The notes beneath the pieces are model-generated. The model was not told the origin of the DNA and did not search any database. It saw only the letters and a list, made by a program, of their open reading frames with translations. A program made the position numbers and the translations under genes. Shown here piece by piece: positions 16,907-26,830 of a stretch of DNA of 64,000 nt; within the stretch, counting starts at the first letter, position 1; every line of letters starts with the position of its first letter. This DNA is from Candidatus Dormiibacterota bacterium (GTDB lineage Bacteria > Chloroflexota > Dormibacteria > Aeolococcales > Bog-877). The stretch lies in the NCBI GenBank assembly GCA_027306595.1, contig DAHUZI010000073.1, positions 88 to 64,087 on the forward strand, in the 5' to 3' direction.

Positions 16907-17668
16907 CTAGGCGATCGCGCGGCCGAAGCGGCGCACCGCCCAGAAGAGGCAGACGACCGCCAGCCCCACGAAGATCGCCACCCCCTCGATCACCGAGGGA
17001 TCGCCGAGGTGGTCCAGGAAGATGGCGCGCGCGGCGGTGACCGCGTACGAGAGGGGGTTGACGGCGGCGATCGCCCGCAGCCAGGCGGGCGCCAGGGAGA
17101 GCGGGAGGAGGACGCCGGAGAGCAGGAGGAGCGGGAGCGACGCCGTGAAGATGAGCGGCGCGTACGAGTTCTCGTCCCCGAGCCAGAGCGCCAGAGCGTA
17201 GGCGATCGACCCCATCGCCAGGCCGATCAGGGCGACCAGGGCGAGCATGATCAGGATCCCGGGCCCGTTGATGCTGAGCCCGAAGGGGACCGCGACCGCG
17301 ATGAGGATCGCCGACTGCACGAGCAGGGTGCAGATGTCGCGGAGGACCCGGCCGAGGAGGAGGGACAGGCGGCTGGCGGGGGTCACCCGGAGGCGCTCGA
17401 TGACGCCGGCGCGCAGGTCGGCGATCAGGCCGAACCCGACCCCGTTCGCTCCGAAGAGGCCCAGCTGGATCAGCAGGCCTGGGACGAAGACGTTGTAGGC
17501 GCCGCCCCGGGGGAAGCCGGGGGTGGAGGCGATCGACTTCAGAAGCGGCGCGAAGAGGAGCAGGTAGAGCAGGGGCTGGACCGCGCCGATCGCGACCCAG
17601 GCCGGGTTGCTGATGAAGATGCCGAAGTAGCGGCGGAACACAAGGCCGGTGTCGCGGACGGTCTTCAT
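16907..17668 (-). CDS. ABC-2 type (DrrB-like) transporter permease
   Basis: 253 aa with six hydrophobic segments. It starts 1 nt after the stop of the preceding ATPase. Confidence 0.85.
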   Translation of the reverse strand: MKTVRDTGLVFRRYFGIFISNPAWVAIGAVQPLLYLLLFAPLLKSIASTPGFPRGGAYNVFVPGLLIQLGLFGANGVGFGLIADLRAGVIERLRVTPASRLSLLLGRVLRDICTLLVQSAILIAVAVPFGLSINGPGILIMLALVALIGLAMGSIAYALALWLGDENSYAPLIFTASLPLLLLSGVLLPLSLAPAWLRAIAAVNPLSYAVTAARAIFLDHLGDPSVIEGVAIFVGLAVVCLFWAVRRFGRAIA

Positions 17669-17669
17669 C

Positions 17670-18656
17670 TCAGGCTGCCGCCTCGCGCAGCTGTCGGCCG
17701 GTCTGGCGCAGGAAGACGTCGTCGAGGCTCGGCCGGGTCAGGGTGAGCGACTGGAGCTCGATGCCGGCGGCGTCCAGGGTCCGAAGCAGAGCCGGCGTCG
17801 CGGTCTCGCCCCGGTCCACGAAGCACCGCAGAGTCCCCTCGCCCGCCGTCACCTCGCGCACGCACGGCTGGCGGGCGAGGAGGTCGACCGCCGCCTGGGG
17901 ATCGCCGCCGACCCCCAGGGTCACGACATCGCCCGCGATCTGCCGCTTGAGCTCAGTTGGCGTTCCTTCGGCCACGATCCGCCCGTGGTCGATGATCGTG
18001 AGGACGTCGCACAGCTGGTCCGCCTCGTCGAGGTAGTGGGTGGTGAGGAAGATCGACGTGCCCTGGGCCCGCAGTCGGCGGACCTCCTCCCAGAGGTGGG
18101 CCCGGCTCTGGGGGTCGAGGCCGGTCGTGGGCTCGTCGAGGAAGAGCAGGGGGGGGCGGTGGACGAGCCCGAGGGCGATGTCGAGCCGGCGGCGCTGGCC
18201 GCCGGAGTAGCTCTTCGAGCGGCGATCCGCGCAGTCCGTGAGTTCGAGCGCCGCGATGAGTTCGGCGGCGCGGCTCCGCGCCTCGGCGGCCCCCATGCCA
18301 TAGAGGCGGCCCTGGAACTCGATCTCGCGGCGCCCGGTGACGGCGACGTCCGTGCCCCCCGCCTGGCTCACGTAGCCGATCCGCTCCCGAACCCTCCCCG
18401 GCTCGCGGCGCAGGTCGCAGCCGGCCACGGTCGCTTCGCCGCCGGTCGGCGGCAGCAGGGTCGCCAGCATCCGGAGCGTGGTCGTCTTGCCGGCCCCGTT
18501 GGGGCCGAGAAACCCGAAGATGGTGCCGGCCGCCACCCGCAGGTCAACGCCGGCCACCGCCTCCACGGTGCCGCGGCGGCCGCGGAACGTGCGGCGCAGG
18601 CCGCGCGTCTCGATGATCGGCGCGTCGTCCGCAACCGGTCGCGGTGGATGGGTCAT
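17670..18656 (-). CDS. ABC transporter ATP-binding protein (DrrA-like)
   Basis: I start at ATG 18656 (MTHPPRPV), which overlaps the padR stop (ATGA). Motifs: FGFLGPNGAGKTTTLRML, YSGGQRRRLDIALGL, LLFLDEPTTGLD. Confidence 0.9.
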   Translation of the reverse strand: MTHPPRPVADDAPIIETRGLRRTFRGRRGTVEAVAGVDLRVAAGTIFGFLGPNGAGKTTTLRMLATLLPPTGGEATVAGCDLRREPGRVRERIGYVSQAGGTDVAVTGRREIEFQGRLYGMGAAEARSRAAELIAALELTDCADRRSKSYSGGQRRRLDIALGLVHRPPLLFLDEPTTGLDPQSRAHLWEEVRRLRAQGTSIFLTTHYLDEADQLCDVLTIIDHGRIVAEGTPTELKRQIAGDVVTLGVGGDPQAAVDLLARQPCVREVTAGEGTLRCFVDRGETATPALLRTLDAAGIELQSLTLTRPSLDDVFLRQTGRQLREAAA

Positions 18657-19336
18657 GCGCCGTCGCCTCCGTGGGTCGGGAGATGGAGCAGGGGGTCGGC
18701 CGGGGATTGATCGGCGGCGGGGCCGGGAGGAGGCCACTCCGCCTCCCCCGGCCGGCCCCTGTCGACGGTGAGCGCCCCCCGCTCGAAGTCACCGGCGATC
18801 GCGGCCGCCCACTCGAGCTCAGCCCGCAGGCGCGCACGGGCGGCCTCAAGCTCCAGGAGGACGAGCCGGGGGAGGTTGAGGTCGGCCTCGAGCTGCTCCT
18901 GGGCGGCCGCGAGGGCCGCGACCTGGCCGCGGAGGGCGACCGTTCTGAGCCGGAGCGCCCGCGCCGCGGCAGCGGCGGGCAGGTAGCCGAGCAGGCTCAC
19001 CGCCCCCTCGATCGCGGGCGCCTCCGGCAGCGGCGTCTCGACCAGGCCCATCAGCCAGCGCGGCAGCTCGTCCCGGCCTGCGGGCGTGATCCGGTAGATC
19101 GTGCGCTCCGGGCGCCGGCCGCACCGGCTGGTCTCGGCCGGCTCCACCCACCCCGCCGCGGTCAGCCGCTGGACCGCCCGGTAGAGGGCGCGGGCGCTGC
19201 CGAGGGCGTGGGTGATGCGCCGGTCCCGGATCGTCTGCTGGATCGCGTAGGGGTGGTGGGGTCCCTCGCTCAGCAGGGCGAGAACGGTGAGGGCGAGGAG
19301 GTCCCGTGACGGCCCGCAGTTATTGTCCATCGCCAT
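18653..19336 (-). CDS. PadR-family transcriptional regulator
   Basis: LLALTVLALLSEGPHHPYAIQQTI...LYRAVQRLTAAGWV...RTIYRITPAGRDEL is a PadR winged helix. It may start at ATG 19336 or ATG 19330. Confidence 0.85.
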   Translation of the reverse strand: MAMDNNCGPSRDLLALTVLALLSEGPHHPYAIQQTIRDRRITHALGSARALYRAVQRLTAAGWVEPAETSRCGRRPERTIYRITPAGRDELPRWLMGLVETPLPEAPAIEGAVSLLGYLPAAAAARALRLRTVALRGQVAALAAAQEQLEADLNLPRLVLLELEAARARLRAELEWAAAIAGDFERGALTVDRGRPGEAEWPPPGPAADQSPADPLLHLPTHGGDGA

Positions 19337-19353
19337 AGTGCTCCGAGCACTAT
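19335..19353. promoter_or_regulatory. Perfect 9-1-9 palindrome; likely PadR autoregulatory operator
   Basis: ATAGTGCTC-c-GAGCACTAT. It overlaps the minus-strand TATAGT -10 (19354..19349) and the first ATG of padR. Confidence 0.55.
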
Positions 19354-19401
19354 ATCAGCCAGGGGCCTCATTACCGGCCGGCCGGCCGCGCCCGGATTCG
19401 C

Positions 19402-19860
19402 TCAGGCGGGTCCGTGGATCCAGCGCTCGTGATCTCGGCCCCACTCGACCAGCTCGTCAGGGCCGAAGAAGAGGGCGATCTCCTCCTCCGCCCGGTTCGC
19501 GCCGTCCGAGCCGTGGATCACGTTCTGCCCGAGGTCGATGCCGAGATCTCCGCGGATGGTGCCCGGGGGCGCGGCCTGCGGGTTGGTCGGCCCCATCATC
19601 GTCCTGACGAGGGCGACGGCGCCCGGGGCCGTCCACACCATCGCGACCACCGGGGAGGAGGTCACGAAGGCGACCACCTGGTCGAAGAACGGCTTGGTCC
19701 GATGCTCGGCGTAGTGCCGCTCGGCCACCGCCCGATCGATTCGAAGCAGCTTGAGCGCCATGAGCCGGAGCCCGCGCCGCTCGAAGCGCCCGATCACCTC
19801 CCCGACCAGGCCGCGCTGGACACCGTCCGGCTTGACCAACACCAGGGTCCGCTCCATCAT
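19402..19860 (-). CDS. ndk: Nucleoside-diphosphate kinase
   Basis: [27 protein letters not shown]...NVIHGSDG (active-site His). Its ATG 19860 overlaps the M16 stop (ATGA). Confidence 0.93.
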   Translation of the reverse strand: MMERTLVLVKPDGVQRGLVGEVIGRFERRGLRLMALKLLRIDRAVAERHYAEHRTKPFFDQVVAFVTSSPVVAMVWTAPGAVALVRTMMGPTNPQAAPPGTIRGDLGIDLGQNVIHGSDGANRAEEEIALFFGPDELVEWGRDHERWIHGPA

Positions 19861-21239
19861 CCGCTCGCCTCCCATGCCGTCTCCGAACCGGCTCCGAGCG
19901 CCACCCGGAAGGGCTCGGCGTCCCGGAGCGGGCCCACGATCGCCGCCCGCACCGCGCCGGCCCCCAGCAGCCGGCCGGCCAGCTCACGCACGGCGTCGGC
20001 GTCCACCGCCTCGATGGCGTCGACCAGCTCGCCCGGCGAGCGCGGGGCCCCGAGCAGGAGCGCCTGCTGCCCGACGAAGTCGCTGACCGAGCTGGTGCCC
20101 TCGACCCCGAGGAGGAGTCGACCCTTCAGGTACTCGCGCACCTTGCGCAGCTCGGACTCGGGCACCTGCTCCTCCGCGAGGCGGGTGAACTCAGCCCAGG
20201 CCGCGGCGACCGCCGCCGGAAGCTGCGCCGGCTCGGTCGCGACCGCCAGGACCAGCGCCCCGCTGTCGCGGAACCGCACGGTGAACGAGCCGACGTCGTA
20301 GGCCAGCGCCCGCTCCTCGCGCAGCTCCAGGAACAGGCGGCTGCTCATCCCCTCGCCCAAGACCCCGTTCAGCACATCGAGCGTGGTCCGGTCGGGGTCG
20401 AGGTACGACGGAGCCCGAAGCGCCACCTGGCAGTGCGCCTGCTCCGTCCGCCGGTGGCGCAGGTGCACCGCGGTCCCGGCCGAAAGCGCTCGGGCGGCGG
20501 CCGGTCCGCGACGATCGGCTGACCCTGGCTCCGGCTCCCCCGGCGCGCCCAGGAGCGCCGCCAGCCGCACCTCGACCTCGGCCGCGACCGTGTCGGCGTC
20601 GATCGCGCCGGCGACGCTCACCACCAGCCCCCCCGGTCGGTAGTGGCGACGATGGTGGCGCTCCAGATCGGCTACGGACACGCGGCGCACGCTCGCCGCC
20701 GTCCCGCCCGGATCGCGCCCGAGGGCGTGGCCCGGCCACACGGCGGCCTCCAGGTCGACGCCCACCTGGTCCTGGGGCTGGTCACGGACCATCCGCAGCT
20801 CCTCGAGCACGACCCGGCGCTCCTTCTCCAGCTCAGCGCCGTCGAGCCGGGGAGCGAACACGAGGTCGAGGAGCACCTCGACGGCGCGGCCGACGTGCGC
20901 CGAGGGGACCTTGGCCCAGAAGACGGTCGCCTCCTTGTCGGTCGCGCCGTTGAGGGAGCCGCCGACCCCCTCGATCGCCTCGGAGACGGCGCGGCCCGTG
21001 GGGAAGCCCCGCGTCCCCTTGAACACCATGTGCTCGAGGAGGTGGGAGGCGCCGGCCAGGGCCACCGGCTCGTGGCGCGACCCGACCCCGAGCAGGATCG
21101 TGACGGTCGCCGAGGCCCGCTCGGCCATCGGGGTGAGGAGCAGGCGGGCGCCGCCGGGAAGCGGCCGCTCCTCCCACCGGACGGTCGGCGCCGCGGGCGG
21201 CGCGGACCGCAGCGCAGCGAGCCGCGCCCGACGGATCAC
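19857..21239 (-). CDS. M16-family (pitrilysin-like) zinc peptidase
   Basis: Track ORF extends to 21350. I start at GTG 21239, which overlaps the upstream lipoprotein stop (GTGA). The HxxEH zinc motif is [14 protein letters not shown]. Confidence 0.85.
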   Translation of the reverse strand: MIRRARLAALRSAPPAAPTVRWEERPLPGGARLLLTPMAERASATVTILLGVGSRHEPVALAGASHLLEHMVFKGTRGFPTGRAVSEAIEGVGGSLNGATDKEATVFWAKVPSAHVGRAVEVLLDLVFAPRLDGAELEKERRVVLEELRMVRDQPQDQVGVDLEAAVWPGHALGRDPGGTAASVRRVSVADLERHHRRHYRPGGLVVSVAGAIDADTVAAEVEVRLAALLGAPGEPEPGSADRRGPAAARALSAGTAVHLRHRRTEQAHCQVALRAPSYLDPDRTTLDVLNGVLGEGMSSRLFLELREERALAYDVGSFTVRFRDSGALVLAVATEPAQLPAAVAAAWAEFTRLAEEQVPESELRKVREYLKGRLLLGVEGTSSVSDFVGQQALLLGAPRSPGELVDAIEAVDADAVRELAGRLLGAGAVRAAIVGPLRDAEPFRVALGAGSETAWEASG

Positions 21240-21856
21240 GCCCGTTCGTTCCGATCCTGGACGCGCGCCAGGGTCAGGGCGTAGCCGACGTCGAGGCCGA
21301 GCGCGTTGCCCTCGATCACGATCCCGTTGAGGATGTTGTGCTCGCGCCACTCGACGATGTACTCACCGTAGGTCACGCCGGCCGCGGTCCGCTGGCCGGT
21401 GAACGCCAGCGCCGCCTGCCCGACCCGACCCGCCGACAGCTGCGTGTCGCCGGCGGCGACCAGGCCGGCGGCGGCGCGCCCCAGAGCGGCCGCGGCTTCC
21501 GCCGCGGTGCGGTATTGGGTCGCCACGCTCTGGATGATGACCGGCCCGACCGCCGCCGACACGAGAACGGGCCGGTCGAAGTCCCGGGTGTAGCCCGTGA
21601 TCCGCCCCTGGCGCTCCAGCGTCCGCAGCGCTGCGGGGCTCCCGCCGGCGACCGCCGGGTTCGACCGCCGCCCCGTGCCGGGGGTGGCCGTCTCCAGCTG
21701 GAAGCCCGGGTACGGCAGCTGGCCCAGCGACAGGACCAGCCGTGCCGGGTCGGTGCGGATGACCGGGGCTGCGCCCTGGGAGGCGCAGCCGGCCAGAAGC
21801 CCGCAGGTGAGGAGCGCACCGGTGGCCACCGCCGGCCGGGGAGTGGTCAGCGCCAC
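21236..21856 (-). CDS. Lipoprotein of unknown function
   Basis: Starts at GTG 21856, inside the last 10 nt of jag. Signal with lipobox: VALTTPRPAVATGALLTCGLLAGC. Third codon positions are almost all G/C in this frame. I recognise no family. Confidence 0.6.
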   Translation of the reverse strand: MALTTPRPAVATGALLTCGLLAGCASQGAAPVIRTDPARLVLSLGQLPYPGFQLETATPGTGRRSNPAVAGGSPAALRTLERQGRITGYTRDFDRPVLVSAAVGPVIIQSVATQYRTAAEAAAALGRAAAGLVAAGDTQLSAGRVGQAALAFTGQRTAAGVTYGEYIVEWREHNILNGIVIEGNALGLDVGYALTLARVQDRNERA

Positions 21857-22608
21857 ATGCCCTCGCGGCCGGCGTCGTCCTGGCCAGCGTCGACCGTCCC
21901 AGCCGAGCCGGCGGTCGGCAGGATCGTGACGTAGCGGTCGGGGTCCTCGCCCTGGCTCTCGGTGCGCACCCCCTGGGCGTCGGCGAGGGCCAGGTGGACG
22001 GCCCGGCGCTCGTAGGGGGGCATCGGGTCGAGGGTCATCGGCTGGCCGGTCCGCCGAACCCGCTGGGCCCAGCGCAGCGCCATCGCCTCGACCTGCTCCT
22101 CCCGGCGGCGCCGGTAGCGGGCGACATCGACGATGACCCGCGGTCCGCCCCAGCCGGGGGTGGGCTCGCCGGGGGCGACCGCGCGGGTGGGCCCCAGCGC
22201 GAGGTTCACCACCGTCTGGAGCGCCCGCAGCGATTCGCCCCGCCACCCGATGAGGACCCCGAGATCCTCGCCCTCCACGTCGAGGACGAGCGGCCGAGCC
22301 GTCTGCTCCTCGCCGGGCACCGAGGCCGGCGGGGCGGGGACGCGGTGGGCGCTGACCGCGGCGTCGACCCCCATCCGGTCGAGCAGCCCGCGCAGGAAGT
22401 CGAGCGCGCGCGGCGCCTCGGCCGGCAGGGGCCGGACGGCCACCCGGGCCGCGCGACCCGCCAGGTGCTCCCCAGGGGCCGCGGGGAGTCCGGGGCTGAT
22501 GACCTCGACCTCCACGAGCTCCGGCGCCCAGCCGGCCTCAGCGCACGCGCGGGCGACAGCCTCGGCGACGGTCGTGCCCGTGCCCTCCACCCGATCCGGT
22601 CCGGTCAC
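21847..22608 (-). CDS. khpB: Jag/KhpB (KH plus R3H RNA-binding) protein
   Basis: 253 aa. GTG 22608 overlaps the yidC stop (GTGA). Motifs: GVLIGWRGESLRALQ (KH), PYERRAVHLAL and DRYVTILP (R3H). Confidence 0.85.
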   Translation of the reverse strand: MTGPDRVEGTGTTVAEAVARACAEAGWAPELVEVEVISPGLPAAPGEHLAGRAARVAVRPLPAEAPRALDFLRGLLDRMGVDAAVSAHRVPAPPASVPGEEQTARPLVLDVEGEDLGVLIGWRGESLRALQTVVNLALGPTRAVAPGEPTPGWGGPRVIVDVARYRRRREEQVEAMALRWAQRVRRTGQPMTLDPMPPYERRAVHLALADAQGVRTESQGEDPDRYVTILPTAGSAGTVDAGQDDAGREGMWR

Positions 22609-23633
22609 TTCGCCCGTCCCCCCCGGCGCCGCCGCCGACCCCCGCTCCCCGCCCCGGCGGGACGCTCGCGGGGGCGGGCGGGGCCGGCTCCTCGACGGGC
22701 GCCGTTGGCGGCCGCGCGGGCCTGGGCGCCGCTGATCAGCCCCGAGCCCGCTCCGGCCCCCGCGCCCGCCACCACCGGGATGACGCCCCCTCCACGCGGG
22801 CGACCCGCCCCCGGGAACCAGGGGGGCACGGGCATCTGCCCCCAGCCGACGATGAAGTACTGCTGCACGATCATGACCAGGCTCTGGGTCACCCAGTAGA
22901 GCGCCACCCCCTGCTGGAAGTTCAGCGCCACCACCACGATGACCAGGGGCATGAGGTAGGCCATCTGAGAGCTCACCCGGTACATCTGGAGCTCCTGGTC
23001 GCTCATGTCAGGCCGCTGGGGCTGGACCATCATCTTCGTCTGCACGAAGGTGAGCGCGCCCGCCACGATCGGCACGATCAGCAGCTGCGGGTGCCCGAGG
23101 AGGTCCGACTCCAGCGGGGTCTTGGTCAGGTTGCCGATCCACAGGAAGTAGACCCCGCCGTGGAGCACCAGGGTCAGCTTGTGGATCGACCCGTACAGCG
23201 CATAGATGATGGGCATCTGGAGGAGGAGCGGGAGGCAGCCGGTCAGCTGGCCCAGCGGGTTGATGCCGTGTTCCTTGTAGACCGCCATCATCTCCGCCTG
23301 CTGCCGGCGCGGATCGCTCTTGTATTTCTTGCGGAGCTCGTTGAGCTGGGGGGCGATCCGCTGCTGCTCCTGTTGCAGCCGGCGCTGGGTCCGGATCTGA
23401 TACCGGAAGAGCGGGAACAGCAGGCCCCGTAGGATCAGCGTGAGAGCGATCACCGCCAGGCCGAAGGCGCCGATGAGCCGGGTCGGACCGAAGGCACGGA
23501 ACGCGTGGAAGAGGAACTGCAGGCTGACCGCGATCGGGGTGAGCAGCACCCAGAAGAAGATCGCGAGGATCGGGTTCGTCGGCGGCGGCAGCGCCGGATT
23601 CCAGCTGGCCGCGACGACCCAGCTAGCGTCCAT
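22605..23633 (-). CDS. yidC: Membrane protein insertase YidC (short Gram-positive type, basic C-tail)
   Basis: I start at ATG 23633 ([10 protein letters not shown]). Motifs: [40 protein letters not shown]. The tail is rich in Arg and Gly. Confidence 0.9.
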   Translation of the reverse strand: MDASWVVAASWNPALPPPTNPILAIFFWVLLTPIAVSLQFLFHAFRAFGPTRLIGAFGLAVIALTLILRGLLFPLFRYQIRTQRRLQQEQQRIAPQLNELRKKYKSDPRRQQAEMMAVYKEHGINPLGQLTGCLPLLLQMPIIYALYGSIHKLTLVLHGGVYFLWIGNLTKTPLESDLLGHPQLLIVPIVAGALTFVQTKMMVQPQRPDMSDQELQMYRVSSQMAYLMPLVIVVVALNFQQGVALYWVTQSLVMIVQQYFIVGWGQMPVPPWFPGAGRPRGGGVIPVVAGAGAGAGSGLISGAQARAAANGARRGAGPARPRERPAGAGSGGRRRRRGGRAK

Positions 23634-23865
23634 GAATGTGCTCGTCCGGCAGCGGCACCGGATCGTACCCGCCGGGGTGGAAGGGATGGCAGCGCGCGAT
23701 CCGGCGCACGCCCATCCACCAGCCGCGGCGGGCACCGTGCAGGCGGATGGCCTCGACCGTGTATTGGGAGCAGGTGGGCTGGTAGCGACACGAGCTGAGC
23801 AGACCGAGGAAGGGGCCGAGGGTCACCTGGTACACGCGCAGGAAGGCGAGCGACGCGCGGGTCAC
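23623..23865 (-). CDS. yidD: Membrane protein insertion efficiency factor YidD
   Basis: GTG 23865 overlaps the rnpA stop (GTGA). Motifs: [37 protein letters not shown]. Confidence 0.85.
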   Translation of the reverse strand: MTRASLAFLRVYQVTLGPFLGLLSSCRYQPTCSQYTVEAIRLHGARRGWWMGVRRIARCHPFHPGGYDPVPLPDEHIHGR

Positions 23866-24194
23866 GCCGCCACCCCCCACCGTCGCAGGCCCTCGTCGAC
23901 GGCCGCGGAGAGGCTGCGAGAGTCGGCCGCGAGCGCGGCGGGAGCCGCGATCACGACCAGGTCCCAGGAGTCCAGCCGGTCCAGCCGGGCAGCGGCCACC
24001 GCGCGCAGCCGCCGACGCAGACGGTTGCGGGCGACGGCGCCGCCGAGGCGACCGGCCACCGTGATCCCGACGCGGGGCCAGCCCAGACCGTTGTCCCGCC
24101 GCTGCATCCGGATGAGGGGCCCACCCACGAAGATCCGTGCCGCCCGGACCGCCGCGAACTCACGCGACCGGCGCAGGCGGTGGCGCCGCTTCAC
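23862..24194 (-). CDS. rnpA: Ribonuclease P protein component
   Basis: 110 aa and basic: [16 protein letters not shown]...[14 protein letters not shown] 24194 overlaps the rpmH stop (GTGA). Confidence 0.85.
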   Translation of the reverse strand: MKRRHRLRRSREFAAVRAARIFVGGPLIRMQRRDNGLGWPRVGITVAGRLGGAVARNRLRRRLRAVAAARLDRLDSWDLVVIAAPAALAADSRSLSAAVDEGLRRWGVAA

Positions 24195-24337
24195 CGCACC
24201 GGCGCGGGTGTCAGCCGCCGTCGCCCCTTGCGGCGGCGGGCCTTGAGCACACGGACCCCGCCGGGACTCGACATCCGGATGCGGAACCCGTGGGTCTTGC
24301 GGCGGTAGCGCTTCTTGGGCTGGTAGGTACGCTTGAT
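24191..24337 (-). CDS. rpmH: 50S ribosomal protein L34, apparently initiated at an ATC codon
   Basis: The last 48 codons of the 964-aa track ORF read (I)[47 protein letters not shown]. The conserved Met1 position is ATC (24337..24335). GAGGAGG (24352..24346) lies 8 nt upstream. Confidence 0.85.
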   Translation of the reverse strand: MKRTYQPKKRYRRKTHGFRIRMSSPGGVRVLKARRRKGRRRLTPAPVR

Positions 24338-24574
24338 GGCAACGGCCTCCTCACCTGCGGCCTTGGGTCGGGTGGGCTCGAGGCACGCCACCGAGGACGC
24401 CGCGGGCGCGAGTGGCCAGCATAGCAGACGCCGAACGTGGCCCCACGACCACACCCCCGCTCGCCGGGAGCGGCGCTGCACCCCGGGCGATGGGGCCAGG
24501 GACCACTGCCGGGGCCGGTCCGGGCCGGGCGCCCCGCTGGTCGGCGGGGCCGGCCGTGTGCGAACGTTGCCGGG

Positions 24575-25204
24575 GTGGCCCCCCTCCCCGAGGTCGGCGT
24601 CCTCACCGGTCAGCTCGTTCGGCTCGAGCCGCTGTCGACCGACCACGAAGCGGGGCTCACGATCGCCGCCGCCGAGGACCGCTCCTCCTTCACCTACACG
24701 GCGGTTCCAGACGGGCGCGCGGCCATGGCCGCCGAGATCGGCCGCCTCACCGCGGCGCGCTGGGTCGGCGTCCTGGTGCCCTTCGCCCAGGTCCGGGTCG
24801 CCGACGGTCGGCCGATCGGGTTGACGACCCTCCGATCCGCGCGCCGCCGGACGCCGGCCACGCCCCCGTACGCGGTCGAGATCGGTGGCACCTGGCTGGC
24901 GGCGTCCGCACAGCGGACCGGCGTGAACCGCGAAGCGAAGCTCCTCCTCCTCACCTGCGCCTTCGACCACTGGGGCGTCGGGCGGGTGGACCTCACGACC
25001 GACGTCCGCAACCGGCGTTCGCGGGCGGCGATCACGGCGATCGGGGCCACCTTCGAGGGGGTCCTGCGCAGCTGGCAGCCCTCGCTCGCCGCTGGCGAGG
25101 CCGATCGCCTCCGCGACTCGGCGATGTACTCGATCATCGCCGCCGAGTGGCCCGGGATCCGGCGCGCGCTGACCTCGGGGATTGGGGCCGACGGCACGTC
25201 CTGA
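24575..25204 (+). CDS. GNAT-family (RimJ/RimL-like) N-acetyltransferase
   Basis: Track ORF 24437..25204. I start at GTG 24575 ([20 protein letters not shown]). Core: [37 protein letters not shown]...[18 protein letters not shown]. Confidence 0.75.
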   Translation: MAPLPEVGVLTGQLVRLEPLSTDHEAGLTIAAAEDRSSFTYTAVPDGRAAMAAEIGRLTAARWVGVLVPFAQVRVADGRPIGLTTLRSARRRTPATPPYAVEIGGTWLAASAQRTGVNREAKLLLLTCAFDHWGVGRVDLTTDVRNRRSRAAITAIGATFEGVLRSWQPSLAAGEADRLRDSAMYSIIAAEWPGIRRALTSGIGADGTS

Positions 25205-25220
25205 CGCCACGGGGGGCTCG

Positions 25221-25249
25221 TTGCGCCCGCCGGATGCCGGTGCTATGCT
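25221..25249 (+). promoter_or_regulatory. Candidate dnaA promoter
   Basis: TTGCGC (25221..25226), a 17-nt spacer, then TATGCT (25244..25249) preceded by TGc. The leader of about 185 nt carries weak DnaA-box-like elements (TTTCCAC 25330, TGTGCAAAA 25340, TGTGAATCG 25351). Confidence 0.45.
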
Positions 25250-25438
25250 CTCGACTCGCCGCCGGGGTCGGTCGGACCGGGTCACAGCACTGCGCCTCAT
25301 TCCTCTGGTGCACCATGCCTCGCCGAAGGTTTCCACTGCTGTGCAAAAGGTGTGAATCGTGGTGTACGCGCGTTCGATCGCGCCCACCCGGGGGCGCTCT
25401 GAGGTCGGCAGCGCTCCCTGGCGCAACCAGGCGCCCAG

Positions 25439-26830
25439 GTGATCGACCCCGAGCAACTCTGGAGTGCCGCCCAGGACGAGCTCCGGGTCCAGGTGAGCCG
25501 GGCCAGCTTCGAAGCCTGGCTCAAGAACGCCCGGATCGTCGACGTCGACGAGGAGGGCCGCCGCGTCCGGATCGGCGTCCCGACCGAACTCGCCCGTGAC
25601 TGGATCTCCGATCGCTACGCACCTCTGATCCGGGAGACCCTGGCGGCGATCCTCGCCTGGGAGGTGGAGGTGGACGTGACGGTGGCCCCTGCCAGCGCGG
25701 GCCTGCCAACCGGCCCCGCCGGGGAGGCCTCCGGCCCCCTGGAGCTGCCCCCGCCGCCCGGGCCCAGCCCCGCGCCGCGCGAGGCGGAGCGCGGGGGGAT
25801 CGTCCTCGGCACCCTCAACCCCCGCTACACCTTCGGGGCCTTCGTCGTCGGCAACAGCTCGCGGCTGGCCCACGCCGCCAGCCGGGCGGTCGCGGACTCG
25901 CCGGGCCGCGCCTACAACCCGCTCTTCCTCTACGGGGGCGTGGGCCTGGGCAAGACCCACCTCATGCACGCGATCGGCCATCAGGTGCACGCGAGCCAGC
26001 GGTGCCGGGTCGCCTACATCACCTCCGAGACGTTCCTCAACCAGATGATCCTCGCCATCCAGGAGAACCGGATGGCGGACTTCCGCACCCGCTTCCGGAC
26101 CGTCGACGTCCTGCTGGTCGACGACATCCAGTTCCTCGCCGGCAAGGACCGCACCCAGGAGGAGTTCTTCCACACCTTCAACGCCCTCCATGAGCTCGGC
26201 CGTCAGCTCGTGATCAGCAGCGACCGGCCGCCACGCGACATCCCCACCCTCGAGGACCGCCTGCGCACCCGCTTCGAGGGCGGACTCATGGCCGACATCC
26301 AGCCTCCGGACTTCGAGACCCGGCTGGCCATCCTGCGGAGCAAGCTCGGGGACGAGGCCCACTGGCTGAGCGAGGAGGTCCTCTCCTTCATCGCCCACAA
26401 GATTCAGAAGAACATCCGGGAGCTGGAGGGGGCGCTGATCCGCCTGCTGGCGCACGCATCGCTGACCGGCGGCCACCCGCTCACCCTCACCGAGGTGAGC
26501 CAGCTCCTCCATGACATCATCCCCACCGCCGATCGGCAGCCGCCGACCGTGGAGGCGATCCAGGAGGCGGTCGCCGGCTACTACGGGATCTCGGTGGAGG
26601 AGATGAAGAGCAAGCGCCGCGACAAGCACATCGTCCTGCCCAGGCAGGTGGCGATGTTCATCATTCGCGAGGAGATCGCGATGAGCCTTCCGGCAATCGG
26701 ACAGGCGTTCGGCGGACGCGACCACACGACGGTCCTCCACTCCTGCGAGAAGATCGGGACCGACATCAAGGAGGACTCCCGGCTCCTCTCCGACCTCACC
26801 CGCCTGCGTGAGGCCCTCCACGTCGTCTGA
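25439..26830 (+). CDS. dnaA: Chromosomal replication initiator DnaA
   Basis: 463 aa from GTG. Motifs: [35 protein letters not shown]-terminal domain [16 protein letters not shown]...[15 protein letters not shown]. Confidence 0.96.
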   Translation: MIDPEQLWSAAQDELRVQVSRASFEAWLKNARIVDVDEEGRRVRIGVPTELARDWISDRYAPLIRETLAAILAWEVEVDVTVAPASAGLPTGPAGEASGPLELPPPPGPSPAPREAERGGIVLGTLNPRYTFGAFVVGNSSRLAHAASRAVADSPGRAYNPLFLYGGVGLGKTHLMHAIGHQVHASQRCRVAYITSETFLNQMILAIQENRMADFRTRFRTVDVLLVDDIQFLAGKDRTQEEFFHTFNALHELGRQLVISSDRPPRDIPTLEDRLRTRFEGGLMADIQPPDFETRLAILRSKLGDEAHWLSEEVLSFIAHKIQKNIRELEGALIRLLAHASLTGGHPLTLTEVSQLLHDIIPTADRQPPTVEAIQEAVAGYYGISVEEMKSKRRDKHIVLPRQVAMFIIREEIAMSLPAIGQAFGGRDHTTVLHSCEKIGTDIKEDSRLLSDLTRLREALHVV

